Origin: a virus
Taxonomy: Duplodnaviria > Heunggongvirae > Uroviricota > Caudoviricetes
IMG/VR virus record: IMGVR_UViG_2718218102_000005
Coordinates: 1-37,220 of that record
DNA length: 37,220 nt
Direction: 5' to 3' (one strand)
The notes below the pieces were generated by a model that made no database searches, was not told the origin of the DNA, and saw only the letters and a program-made list of their open reading frames with translations. This document shows, one piece after another, positions 19,797 to 28,343 of this stretch. How positions within the stretch are numbered: position 1 is the first letter of the stretch; each line of letters begins with the position of its first letter. Made by a program: the position numbers and the translations under genes.

Positions 19797-20066
19797 TCAT
19801 TTTTTTTGCATGATGTGACCACGCTCAACTTCAATCCTTCTGATGTCAGCTTTATCGGTATTACACTGCGCCAATGCAGACAACAAGGCGACATTCAGAT
19901 CTAAGCTCGAGCCCCACGTAAAATGATCAGGTAAATCAGGCTGAGGGGTTTCAGCCGTCAGGCTGGCTGGTAACGGAACTACCGGAACCTGGACGTAAAC
20001 TGTTCGCGTACTTCCGCAACCGGTCAGCAGCGGCAGCAGGCACAGGACGTGAAGCACAATCATCAT
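19797..20066 (-). CDS. Rz1-like o-spanin lipoprotein
   Basis: ORF track 19797-20132; likely start at ATG 20066 (MMIVLHVLCLLPLLTGC..., lipobox LLTGC); Pro-rich; overlaps the Rz-like gene in another frame. Confidence 0.6.
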   Translation of the reverse strand: MMIVLHVLCLLPLLTGCGSTRTVYVQVPVVPLPASLTAETPQPDLPDHFTWGSSLDLNVALLSALAQCNTDKADIRRIEVERGHIMQKK

Positions 20067-20343
20067 CCGCAACAGCCACTTTGATATCTTCCTGGGTTCT
20101 CTGTGACTCCAGTGCGATCTGCTGTTTTGCATGTTGATTCGCCTCCTGAATGATGTTCGTTATTGCCATAGTACGCAGAACATTCGCGGTGATAGCCTCA
20201 GTAGAATCAGCTCGCTGTTCCGCAGCATCAGCACGCTTCTGCTCCTTCAGAAACTTTCCATGATAGTGATTCGCTGACCAGACAAGACCACCAGCGACAC
20301 AAGCAATAAACGTTAAAATGAGCGCCCAATAACTCATCTTCAT
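19951..20343 (-). CDS. Rz-like i-spanin
   Basis: 130-aa ORF with N-terminal TM helix and charged coiled-coil; start overlaps the endolysin stop as ATGA. Confidence 0.7.
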   Translation of the reverse strand: MKMSYWALILTFIACVAGGLVWSANHYHGKFLKEQKRADAAEQRADSTEAITANVLRTMAITNIIQEANQHAKQQIALESQRTQEDIKVAVADDDCASRPVPAAAADRLRKYANSLRPGSGSSVTSQPDG

Positions 20344-20954
20344 ACCAGCAGCGCCGCCCGCGCCTTGTTGTATCGGACCTTACGATCCTCAATACCGTTC
20401 AAACCGCCGTTAATGATGCGCGTAACACGGTTAATATCGGCACCGTAGATCATGCAACCTTTAGAGGTGTAGAACCATGCAGCTGAGCGCGCAGCCTGTA
20501 GTTCCTGTTCCAGTTGTTCAGGTGAAGTCACCAGATCTAACTTCAGCGCCGCGCCACAGATGCGATAATTATGGAGGCCAGTGATTTGAATTAATCCTCT
20601 ACCACGATATTTCCAGCCATCACCTGGTGCTTTGTTACCCAGTCGGTTGCTATACACCAGATTGGCAATAGCATCCTGACGAGCTGCATGTCCGGATGTT
20701 CTGCCAAGGGCATCAGCCTGCTGCTGTGTGATCCTCTTTCCGAACGTCGCCACCAGCGCAGATGGTGTGTAGTTAAAATTTTCAACTACGGCTCTAAACC
20801 CCATCGACTCATGGCCTACCTGAGCGATAAACATTGCCTGATCCGCTGGTGCTGTAATGCCGAATTCCTTCATCGCCGCATCAATGTGCGGAAACCAGCG
20901 CGCAGCCAGCCCGGCGCTAATACCAGCCGCCTTTTGAAATAATTGTTGGTTCAT
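20340..20954 (-). CDS. Endolysin, glycoside hydrolase family 19 (chitinase-like lysozyme)
   Basis: 204-aa ORF with GH19-like motifs (FIAQVGHESMGF, YRGRGLIQITGLHNY). Confidence 0.8.
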   Translation of the reverse strand: MNQQLFQKAAGISAGLAARWFPHIDAAMKEFGITAPADQAMFIAQVGHESMGFRAVVENFNYTPSALVATFGKRITQQQADALGRTSGHAARQDAIANLVYSNRLGNKAPGDGWKYRGRGLIQITGLHNYRICGAALKLDLVTSPEQLEQELQAARSAAWFYTSKGCMIYGADINRVTRIINGGLNGIEDRKVRYNKARAALLV

Positions 20955-21235
20955 TAGTGCCTCAGATGATCAACCAGACGTGCAACGTTGCCTCTGACGG
21001 CCACCAGCACGGAAAGAAAAATAGTGTTCGCCACGATAATGGGCCATGAGGAATGGGGATAAATCCCACAGAGATAGGCCAACGGAACAGCACTGTATGT
21101 AACAGTAATCAGCCAGGCTAAACGTGAAACCCAAGGACGATGCCGCGAATCACCACGACGATAAAACATCAGAGTAATAACAACACAAGCACATAACAGC
21201 GCATTTATAGTTGCTGTCGGGTCATTTAGCTCCAC
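20954..21235 (-). CDS. Small membrane protein (putative holin/antiholin partner)
   Basis: 93-aa ORF with 2-3 hydrophobic segments, between the holin-like gene and endolysin. Confidence 0.45.
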   Translation of the reverse strand: MELNDPTATINALLCACVVITLMFYRRGDSRHRPWVSRLAWLITVTYSAVPLAYLCGIYPHSSWPIIVANTIFLSVLVAVRGNVARLVDHLRH

Positions 21236-21608
21236 CTGAACCTCCCCGGCGCGTTATGAGCGCCACCAGCGAGCCGATATCCTGATTATTCAGGAACGTC
21301 AGGATTTTAACGGCTAAAGCAGAGACGATTACGGCACCAATAGCATCCAGAGGTTTATCACTGTATCCGGTCAAGTTCGCCAGCTTGGAGCCAACCAACC
21401 CAGAGCAAAGAATCCCGGCAATATATGACACGATAAAATATGCCAGTCGGCGCGATGCACTCAGATCTGCTGCTGTTGCTATGTAGAATACAGCCCCTGC
21501 AAATGCGCCAAATACAACGCCGTAATCAGTTCCGGTCAGCAGTCCATAAACACTGGCACCCGTCAGGGCACCACCAGCCAGCCCAGTACCGGAAATCGGA
21601 TCGGACAT
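21222..21608 (-). CDS. Putative holin
   Basis: 128-aa Gly/Ala-rich ORF with several predicted TM helices, first gene of the lysis cassette. Confidence 0.55.
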   Translation of the reverse strand: MSDPISGTGLAGGALTGASVYGLLTGTDYGVVFGAFAGAVFYIATAADLSASRRLAYFIVSYIAGILCSGLVGSKLANLTGYSDKPLDAIGAVIVSALAVKILTFLNNQDIGSLVALITRRGGSGGAK

Positions 21609-21687
21609 TTAGCCCCCTCTTAATTGCTGTTGGTCCTCTCAGATATGAGGGGAAGGGATCTTAATGACAGTCTGTTTATTATTTCAG

Positions 21688-21945
21688 TCAAATACTACCC
21701 TGTTGATGATTTCTCAGAAGCGAACTTGACTCCCAGGGGAAACTCAACTTTCCGTTAAAACCACCAGCAGACATTCGTTCAATTTCCACAGAAATATCAC
21801 TGAGCCGTTCTTCAAGCTCTGCTTTTTCTTTTACCAGACGGTTATAGCGGCTTAGATGAAGCTTTTGCTGCTCCAGCCAGTCTTCAAGCTGTTCAACAGT
21901 CATACCAGGGTTAAAAAAATATGGCTGCTGCTTTTCGCCCTGCAT
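21688..21945 (-). CDS. Hypothetical protein, first ORF of the late operon
   Basis: ORF track 21688-22014; start refined to ATG 21945 (MQGEKQQPYFFNPGMTVEQLEDW..., GGAGG SD 7 nt upstream) because the track extension runs through the terminator hairpin. Confidence 0.4.
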   Translation of the reverse strand: MQGEKQQPYFFNPGMTVEQLEDWLEQQKLHLSRYNRLVKEKAELEERLSDISVEIERMSAGGFNGKLSFPWESSSLLRNHQQGSI

Positions 21946-21960
21946 TATTGACCTCCAGAA

Positions 21961-21985
21961 AAGCAAAAACCCCGCCGAAGCGAGG
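21961..21985 (-). terminator. tR'-like intrinsic terminator of the late leader
   Basis: On the minus-strand RNA: CCUCGC-UUCG-GCGGGG (6-bp stem with one G.U pair, UUCG loop) followed by UUUUUGCUU; about 8 nt upstream of the SD of the first late ORF. Confidence 0.45.
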
Positions 21986-22035
21986 TTTGTTATGATTTCG
22001 TTAACGGCAGACATACAAAGCCCATCGTTAGGAGA

Positions 22036-22064
22036 ATCCTAACCATATTTTTTGAAAAATGCAA
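22036..22064 (-). promoter_or_regulatory. Candidate late promoter PR'
   Basis: On the minus strand TTGCAT (22064-22059), 17-nt spacer, TAGGAT (22041-22036); about 30 bp downstream of the Q stop and 50 bp upstream of the tR'-like hairpin. Confidence 0.35.
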
Positions 22065-22095
22065 GCATCATGTCGCCATCTTCGGCGAAAATCAT

Positions 22096-22848
22096 TTATC
22101 TTGTCACTTTTCTCAATTGTGTCTCTGCATATGCTTCTTCCTGCCAGCACTTTGTAACCAGTTTATCAATGACATCTGCATATCCTTTGTACCACTGATA
22201 ATCCGTCAGGTCCGGTACCAGCTTCTGGACATGATGCCGCGCCAGTGTGGTTGGTAAACGGCTAAACCGGTTTCCATTGCAACGCCCACAAATCTTATAA
22301 ACAGGCGCACCATGAAGCCGGGTTCTTTTTTCATCCAGTACAATACCTTTCCCCTTACACCCTCTACACGCTGTGCTGACTTCTCCCTTACCATGACAAT
22401 GCTGACATAGTTCCTTCACCCACTCTTCCTTGATAACAGATTCCCCGCTTCTGGAGTGTTTCACCACTTCGCGCAATACATTATGAAATCCAGTACCAGC
22501 ACAATGCTCACAGCGAGCCTTACTTGCCGCAGACCTGGAATAATCAGCAAAGGCAAAATTCACAAGGTAAGGAATGATCTGTAGCCGGGTTTCTTCACTC
22601 AATTTATTCAATGTCGGGTTATCCAGTGCCATCGCGTAATTGAGCAGACCTTCAATCGCAAACTGAGGATCCTGAACACCAACTTTTGCCAGGAATAAGG
22701 CAAACCCAAGCGGTGCTTTCGACTGCACCATCCCCTGCGCAGCCATCACATCCGTAATTGTTAAACCACCAGAGCCTGTCGCCGGTGCGTCATCGCTCAG
22801 TTTTGGAGATTTCGGGGAGTAATATTTCGGTAAGGCTTCAAGGTTCAT
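22096..22848 (-). CDS. Late-gene antitermination protein Q (QuuQ-like)
   Basis: 250-aa ORF with several CxxC zinc-finger motifs (CEHCAGTG, CQHCHGKG, CRGCKGKG, CGRCNGN); sits immediately upstream of the late promoter and lysis cassette. Confidence 0.75.
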   Translation of the reverse strand: MNLEALPKYYSPKSPKLSDDAPATGSGGLTITDVMAAQGMVQSKAPLGFALFLAKVGVQDPQFAIEGLLNYAMALDNPTLNKLSEETRLQIIPYLVNFAFADYSRSAASKARCEHCAGTGFHNVLREVVKHSRSGESVIKEEWVKELCQHCHGKGEVSTACRGCKGKGIVLDEKRTRLHGAPVYKICGRCNGNRFSRLPTTLARHHVQKLVPDLTDYQWYKGYADVIDKLVTKCWQEEAYAETQLRKVTR

Positions 22849-22861
22849 GCTCGTTCTCCAC

Positions 22862-23857
22862 TTACGCCAGTACGCCTATTGCCAGCGCACGATCGATAAA
22901 ACGAAATATCAGCTCCAACTGGGAGCCATACTTCTCTTCAAATGCCACGGTATCCGCATGCAGCTCGTCGTGATGCTTTCTGCACAAAGGCAACACAAAG
23001 AGGTCATGCGCTTTTGTACCCATTCCACCCTGACCGTGACCTATCAGGTGGTGGGGATCATCAGCAGGCTTTCCACAACATGCACACGGCTGCGTCTTAA
23101 CCCAGCGCGTGTACTTTTCGTTAACCCAGCGGCGACGTTTAGGGCGTAACATAAAAGACTCCGGCGACTCCGGATCCACTTTCAGCTCCAGCACCTTTTT
23201 CGCTTTATCCTGGATAATGCTGGTGGCAGGAACCGAAGGAACAAGGTCACTCTCCCGGGTGACAGACGGCACAACAGGCTTTGGTAATCTCAGTGCCTTA
23301 CGGGCTGCACTTTCCGGTAAGGCATCCGCCAGGTCATTACGAATCAGCCACCAGCACAGTTCCGGCATTGTCACAACGTGACTATCATCAAAACCGAGAT
23401 CCCGACGCACAACAGACAACACCCAGCGGGCACAGTTATCCGTTGCCATTGATTCCAGCCGCTCCGTGAACTGATCGCGCAGCTGGTTATCACAGTGCCA
23501 GCACAGACGGATTGCGCCCGGAGCGTGTCGCATTGTGGTCATGTTCTCGCTGTGCCAGTCGGAATGAGGCCACTGGCAGCCTTTTTCACGAAGTAACCAG
23601 CTTTCAAGACATTCCACGCCACCAGCACGACGGATCACTGCCTCATTGCGGAACACGGCCCGAACAGCAGGATCATCCGCCAGCGGTTGTGATGCCGCGG
23701 GAACGGCACCACTGGCGAAAGATGAATAACGCTCCGGCTCAGGCTCCAGCAGGACACGCCCCTGCATAAACAGGGGCATCAGCTCTGAACCTGGCCTGAA
23801 CAATACGATCCCCATACGCGGGGCAATTTCAGGGGTCAGTAGTGCTCTCACGGTCAC
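22862..23857 (-). CDS. DUF968-family prophage protein with C-terminal HNH-like motif
   Basis: 331-aa ORF; C-terminus CACCGKPADDPHHLIGHG...LCRKHHDELH; positioned just upstream of Q, as in other E. coli lambdoid prophages. Confidence 0.55.
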   Translation of the reverse strand: MTVRALLTPEIAPRMGIVLFRPGSELMPLFMQGRVLLEPEPERYSSFASGAVPAASQPLADDPAVRAVFRNEAVIRRAGGVECLESWLLREKGCQWPHSDWHSENMTTMRHAPGAIRLCWHCDNQLRDQFTERLESMATDNCARWVLSVVRRDLGFDDSHVVTMPELCWWLIRNDLADALPESAARKALRLPKPVVPSVTRESDLVPSVPATSIIQDKAKKVLELKVDPESPESFMLRPKRRRWVNEKYTRWVKTQPCACCGKPADDPHHLIGHGQGGMGTKAHDLFVLPLCRKHHDELHADTVAFEEKYGSQLELIFRFIDRALAIGVLA

Positions 23858-23858
23858 C

Positions 23859-24701
23859 TCAATGAACGGTATCGAGCAGCTTTAACAGCTCAGGGAATCG
23901 GGATTCGAAGAAATGCGGCTGCGTCTCGCGCGGATTTGCGGGACTGGTGATGTTCTTGCCGAACATGCAGCCTTTCGCTGTCAGCGACCAGAATTTTTTG
24001 ATGTTGTTAATCGCGGTACGGCTGTATCGTTCGCGTTGTTCAACGATCCCCAGCTTCGCCATCTGGTGATATGCCTGATTAGCCGTCAGGCGGATACCAT
24101 ACTGTTTCAGCAGTGCACTCAGTGACAGCGTGGGGCGACTTGAGCCATCGTGTGCATCAGCAGGAGCATCAATGGCATAGCGCGGTGCCAGATTCGGTAA
24201 GCCAACAGCCTCCTGGAGTTTCTGACAGGCTCCAAGCACTGAAGAGTTAGACAGGTTTAATTCCCGGCGCATAAAGTCCAGCAGAATCACGCCAGCCTGC
24301 ATCTTGTCAGCAGCCTGCCCGGATAATTTTTCCGGTGCGCTGGTTACCATGTCGAAAGTGCGGATCACCTTCAGATGGAATGACGGGCTGATCCACATTG
24401 CATAGGCATACACCAGTTCCTTACAGACATATGTTCCGCCATTCCGCCCTTCTATTTTACTGACAGGTTTACTACCCAAATTTTGGGTAGTTTCATTGAA
24501 TGAACCGACACCCAGATTTTGGGTATCGATCAATTCCTGAACCAGCTCAGTAATCTGTTGGCTGGAAAGAAACTTTCCCGGCTCCTTGGTTCTGGCATTT
24601 GCACCAGATGCTACTGCTGCGCGATGCAGATCGTTCAGGCTGTAACGTCCATAAGCATCACGACGAACTTCAATACCATCAATGACCATCAGATTATTCA
24701 T
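23859..24701 (-). CDS. KilA-N domain protein (antirepressor-like)
   Basis: 280-aa ORF; N-terminus MNNLMVIDGIEVRRDAYGRYSLNDLHRAA matches the KilA-N DNA-binding domain as I recall it. Confidence 0.65.
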   Translation of the reverse strand: MNNLMVIDGIEVRRDAYGRYSLNDLHRAAVASGANARTKEPGKFLSSQQITELVQELIDTQNLGVGSFNETTQNLGSKPVSKIEGRNGGTYVCKELVYAYAMWISPSFHLKVIRTFDMVTSAPEKLSGQAADKMQAGVILLDFMRRELNLSNSSVLGACQKLQEAVGLPNLAPRYAIDAPADAHDGSSRPTLSLSALLKQYGIRLTANQAYHQMAKLGIVEQRERYSRTAINNIKKFWSLTAKGCMFGKNITSPANPRETQPHFFESRFPELLKLLDTVH

Positions 24702-24720
24702 ACTTCGTTTCTCCTCTTAA

Positions 24721-25110
24721 TCAGGCGGCTGCACCCGCCGTTTTCTCGTACTTACTGATAGTGATCTCGACCTTCCCTTCCGGGATAACCGGTCCCCACT
24801 CCACCAGCATTCTTTTCACCTGACTGTCGTCTTCCCACACACCCGCGTGGGTCAGGGCGTCAAACAGCGCCTTGTTATAGTTGTCCAGATCGCGGATCCG
24901 GTTATCCGGAGGAAACAACACGATCTCCACTGAAGCAGGTGCCGACGTTGGTTTTGGCAGACGACGTAACTGCTCAACTATTGCTGCACACGCCGCGCTC
25001 TGGAATTTGCGCCCCGCCGCGCTTATCAGGCTCTTACCTGCAAACGCCCCTTTGTTGGGGTGTCGCCAGTACGTGTTCACGCTGGGCGGAAAAGGCAGGA
25101 TCAGCTTCAT
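24721..25110 (-). CDS. rusA: Holliday junction resolvase RusA
   Basis: 129-aa ORF with RusA-type motifs (LPFPPSVNTYWR..., RDLDNYNKALFDALTHAGVWEDDSQV); start overlaps the upstream gene as ATGA. Confidence 0.8.
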   Translation of the reverse strand: MKLILPFPPSVNTYWRHPNKGAFAGKSLISAAGRKFQSAACAAIVEQLRRLPKPTSAPASVEIVLFPPDNRIRDLDNYNKALFDALTHAGVWEDDSQVKRMLVEWGPVIPEGKVEITISKYEKTAGAAA

Positions 25111-25433
25111 GCTTTCAGGCCCCTCTCATGTAACCAGTGGGTTGCACGCAGCCTTGCGTTTTCCTCACCGGCAAGCAGTGAGCGGATAATCCCGACCGCC
25201 TCGCTGTCGTCGTCCTTCACCGTGGTATGAAGCGTTATCCCCCGGGCCACGCCACGCTTTATCGTGATGACGCCTTTTTTCTCCAGTGCGCGAAGATGCT
25301 CCACCGCTGCATTCACTGAACGGTATCCCAGCATGGTTGCCACCTCCTGATTGGTTGGCGGGAAGCCACGTTCTTTCTGGTAAGAAATCAGCATATCCAG
25401 CACCTGCTGCTGGCATTGAGTTAATGTCGTCAT
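25107..25433 (-). CDS. LexA-like DNA-binding-domain-only protein (no S24 peptidase domain)
   Basis: 108 aa; the first ~70 aa (QCQQQVLDMLISYQKERGFPPTNQEVATMLGYRSVNAAVEHLRALEKKGVITIKRGVARGITL) align by eye with the LexA N-terminal winged helix; no Ala-Gly cleavage site or Ser/Lys dyad follows; ATGA-coupled to Dam upstream and RusA downstream. Confidence 0.65.
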   Translation of the reverse strand: MTTLTQCQQQVLDMLISYQKERGFPPTNQEVATMLGYRSVNAAVEHLRALEKKGVITIKRGVARGITLHTTVKDDDSEAVGIIRSLLAGEENARLRATHWLHERGLKA

Positions 25434-26083
25434 GCCGCCATCTCCCTGACCAGTTTTTCCGCCTGCTGGCGAACCTGCGCCAGAAAGGCCTCACCACATG
25501 CCTCAAGTTCATCGCGCCCGATGTAGCTGATTGCCGGTCCCTTCCAGGTCTTGTCGAAAACAGCAATAGCACCAGCGAAGAAAGCGCCTGTCGGCACCTG
25601 CTTCTCGTCCTTCGGGATAAACCAGGCTGGCAGTTCAAAACCAATACGCCCGCGAATAAAAGCAATATGGTCTGCATCTTCCGGCCACCAAACTTCGCTG
25701 GTGGCAGCTTTGATCAGGAAAACATAGCGCCCACCTTTATCACGCATGGCACTGGCATGTTTCATGATGTAACGCATGCCGGTGATGTATTGCCCCTCAT
25801 GCTGACTGGCGCGGCTGTACGGGGGATTACCAAAGGCAGCACCTTTAAGCTCCGCAAGACGTTCTGACCAGTCATGCGCCAGCGCGTTGTCTTCCGCCGT
25901 GTAATACGCGGCACATTTGGCGTTATCACCGTCAGTGAACAGATCCAGAACAAACGGACCAAACAAGGTGTTAATTCCCCAGAAAATGTTGTCCGGCGTG
26001 CGCCACTGATCGCCCACTTCCTTCAGTTCATGGGCTGGTTTGTTCCGCAGTTCTACCAGCGCCTGGCAATATTTATTACTCAT
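25430..26083 (-). CDS. Phage-type DNA N6-adenine methyltransferase (Dam-like, orphan)
   Basis: 217-aa ORF with the N6-MTase motif FGNPPYS; no adjacent restriction endonuclease. Confidence 0.8.
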   Translation of the reverse strand: MSNKYCQALVELRNKPAHELKEVGDQWRTPDNIFWGINTLFGPFVLDLFTDGDNAKCAAYYTAEDNALAHDWSERLAELKGAAFGNPPYSRASQHEGQYITGMRYIMKHASAMRDKGGRYVFLIKAATSEVWWPEDADHIAFIRGRIGFELPAWFIPKDEKQVPTGAFFAGAIAVFDKTWKGPAISYIGRDELEACGEAFLAQVRQQAEKLVREMAA

Positions 26084-26175
26084 TAAGCCCCCACGTAAAA
26101 AGCATCCGCAATGTCTCCGGAAGTACAGCCCGGATGGGCTTCAATGAATTTCTGAACGTCATTTAACAGACTCAT
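26083..26175 (-). CDS. 30-codon ORF filling the O-Dam gap (possible remnant of a helicase-loader gene)
   Basis: Own translation MSLLNDVQKFIEAHPGCTSGDIADAFYVGA; GGGGG SD 5 nt upstream; stop overlaps the Dam ATG as TAATG. Confidence 0.25.
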   Translation of the reverse strand: MSLLNDVQKFIEAHPGCTSGDIADAFYVGA

Positions 26176-26177
26176 GA

Positions 26178-27170
26178 TCACCCCCTGAATCCTGCCGGGA
26201 TCTGGCTGTAGTCCACGTTGTCGTAACTGGATTTGAAATACGGGTCTTCGCGTTTTTCTGTGTATGTGCTGACGGACGGCGATAAGCGCAGGGAAAGCTC
26301 ATCCCATTTTTCCCGCAGCTTCGACGGACTGAGCACGTTACGGCACCAGAACGGATCGCGGCTGACGCGGCTGTACATCTCGCAGATTTGTTTGTGAGTA
26401 CGACCATCCTGCACACACATCAGGCGAATTTCGTTTGCCCAGGCTGTCCAGTTAGGTTCTTTGGGACGAACCACCTCGCCGTCACATTCGGCGGCCTGCT
26501 CGTACAGGGCGATGATTTTTTTCCAGAGCCACTGTGCGCAGGTCAAATCATCCTGCGTTCCCCACTGGCGCTTTTTAGGACTGAATACAACCGCATCAGG
26601 ATGGCGAGTTAAAAACTCCTGTTCAGCCGTCTGCGTGTCCGGTTGCGAAGCGTCCGGACGAGAAGAGGTTTTATTCTCTGTAGTAATCTCTGTTGTATTC
26701 TCTGTAAGATCATTGGGCCATTTTGACCCGATGACAGCGTGTCGTTTTGAACCAATGGATCGTATCATTTTGCGCCCATCCATCAGGTCACTTTGACCCG
26801 ATGGAGAAGTGCATTTTGACCTGATGGATTCGTTCACTTTGACCTCTTCTAAAAGCTCACTTTCATAGTTGATCGTGTAGAAGTTGGTCATGTCACGCTT
26901 CGATTTATTGAGTTGCTCGCGACGCAAAACCCCAAGTGATTTCAGGCTTGCAAATGTGCGTTTCAGAGTGGACTCTGACCAGAACGGAAACTGCTCCAGC
27001 CACTGTTCTGTCGTGTTATAAACCCAGCGAATTCCGCCATGCTCAGTGCCTGAATTCGTTTCATTCAGCCAGTAATGAAGCTGCTGCAACACAATTGCCT
27101 CATTCAGACCAATACGGCATGCAAGATCACGATTTATCACAATGGGCTGGGATGTCATTAACAGGCTCAT
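26178..27170 (-). CDS. Replication initiation protein, lambda O-like, with internal origin
   Basis: 330-aa ORF downstream of the cro/cII-like genes; an iteron array lies inside the coding sequence in a low-complexity linker, as in lambda O / ori-lambda. Confidence 0.65.
   Translation of the reverse strand: MSLLMTSQPIVINRDLACRIGLNEAIVLQQLHYWLNETNSGTEHGGIRWVYNTTEQWLEQFPFWSESTLKRTFASLKSLGVLRREQLNKSKRDMTNFYTINYESELLEEVKVNESIRSKCTSPSGQSDLMDGRKMIRSIGSKRHAVIGSKWPNDLTENTTEITTENKTSSRPDASQPDTQTAEQEFLTRHPDAVVFSPKKRQWGTQDDLTCAQWLWKKIIALYEQAAECDGEVVRPKEPNWTAWANEIRLMCVQDGRTHKQICEMYSRVSRDPFWCRNVLSPSKLREKWDELSLRLSPSVSTYTEKREDPYFKSSYDNVDYSQIPAGFRG
26718..26850. repeat. Origin iterons: six direct repeats (~14 bp core TTTTGACCCGATGG, ~23-24 bp period) inside the O-like gene
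   Basis: Read directly: ttttgacccgatg (26721), ttttgaaccaatgg (26745), ttttgcgcccatcc (26768), ctttgacccgatgg (26791), ttttgacctgatgg (26815), ctttgacctc (26837), followed by an AT-richer stretch. Confidence 0.65.
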
Positions 27171-27518
27171 GACCGACCTCTATTTCCCTGAATTTACGAC
27201 GAAACTGTTCGAGCGGACTGAAGCATTCATGCTCATAGCCTTCGCGGAGGTAGATAACACGTTGTGTTTCCGGCTCCCAACGAATGACTCTGACGGGCAC
27301 TCCGTAGTGATCTTTGAACCAGCGGTTAACTTGTCGCAAAGGACTGTCTCCTTCTGCCGGTTGAAATCACCCACAGCCCACTCTGCAAAGCTGTGGGTTA
27401 CAATTTCCCTGTCACCTGGTACATTCACTGCATAGCAATACTCCACCTTCGCTTTTCCACCCGGTACAGGAAGCGCAATCAGTTGCGAGCGACGGTAGTG
27501 TGTTGTTAAACTGTTCAT
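27127..27518 (-). CDS. Hypothetical gene with interrupted reading frame (frameshift or indel)
   Basis: ATG at 27518 overlaps the upstream stop as ATGA, and its first ~55 codons look protein-like; the track ORF then degrades to low complexity, while a second frame (27339-27127, no ATG) encodes a protein-like C-terminal part. Confidence 0.4.
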
Positions 27519-28105
27519 GCGTTAGTTTCTCCACAACCAGAAGCAATCGACGCCACGACGCCCGGAGCTGCACACTCGCGGGCGTTACTCTTTTCTGGAG
27601 CGCAAAAGATTTTGTAGACCAGTGCTGCATGCTCCTGGAGCTTCGAAATTGACAGATACAACTCATCATTAATTGCTGTCTGCTCGTGTGGCTCCACTAC
27701 CCCATCTTCAATTGCCGAACGAATCTGCTTTGAGTAACTCCCGATCTGTTCGATGACTTCCAGCAGGCGCTGGTTTATATCGGCGTTGTCCACATCCTCG
27801 ACGTCAGGAAGAGACACAAAGACGCCATTTGCAGACTGCGCCACAGCGTCAGCAATGAAGTGAGTTCCACCAGCACGTTGCAAAATCATTGCCCATCCCA
27901 GCGGGAAAATCTGATCGCCATCGGCACGAAGGCGGTTAAATAATGCGTTCTCTGTTACATCCAGCCAGTCAGCTGCTTCAGCGTAACCACCCGGCAACGT
28001 TGCGATAGTTTTTCTGACAGCTTTCACGTACCACTCAGGCTGTTTTTCTACTTTCCAGTGATGCTTACCCACGGCTATCTCCTTAAAACTGTGGTTACTT
28101 TCCAT
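27515..28105 (-). CDS. CII-like / YdaT-family regulatory protein (tentative)
   Basis: 196-aa ORF immediately downstream of the Cro/YdaS-like gene, the position of ydaT/cII in Rac-type immunity regions; family assignment from memory only. Confidence 0.45.
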   Translation of the reverse strand: MESNHSFKEIAVGKHHWKVEKQPEWYVKAVRKTIATLPGGYAEAADWLDVTENALFNRLRADGDQIFPLGWAMILQRAGGTHFIADAVAQSANGVFVSLPDVEDVDNADINQRLLEVIEQIGSYSKQIRSAIEDGVVEPHEQTAINDELYLSISKLQEHAALVYKIFCAPEKSNARECAAPGVVASIASGCGETNA

Positions 28106-28343
28106 CTGATAAGTCTTTAATCTTTTGAAAAATATCTGGACGTAATTTTTCTTTTGATACGCCAGTGGTCATTTCAATAAATATCGAGAGTTTTGCAGGG
28201 GGACGCTTTTCTCTGTTCAACCAGTTCCAGACATGTTGTTGCTTTACTAAACGACCACTGCTGGCTGTGAGCTTCCGAGCCAATTCTGATTGACCACCAG
28301 CCAGAGCGATTGCCTCTGATAAGGCTAATTGCTCAGGTGTCAT
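28095..28343 (-). CDS. Cro-like HTH regulator (YdaS family)
   Basis: 82-aa ORF; GGQSELARKLTASSGRLVKQQHVWNWLN...LRPD fits the YdaS/Cro-like HTH pattern; divergent from the CI-like repressor; AGGAG SD 6 nt upstream of the ATG at 28343. Confidence 0.7.
   Translation of the reverse strand: MTPEQLALSEAIALAGGQSELARKLTASSGRLVKQQHVWNWLNREKRPPAKLSIFIEMTTGVSKEKLRPDIFQKIKDLSDGK

Noticed and set aside
21946-22014. N-terminal 23 codons of track ORF 21688-22014
   Set aside because: This extension covers the tR'-like terminator hairpin and SD; the ATG at 21945 is the more plausible start.
25165-25867. Overlapping 170-aa (minus) and 193-aa (plus) ORFs across the Dam and LexA-like genes
   Set aside because: Alternative frames or antisense of genes with recognisable motifs (NPPY, LexA-like HTH); translations are Arg/Pro/Ser-rich and not protein-like.
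26718-26850. Direct-repeat array considered as a possible CRISPR array
   Set aside because: Repeats are ~14 bp with ~10-bp spacers, degenerate, inside a coding sequence and without cas genes; they fit replication-origin iterons.
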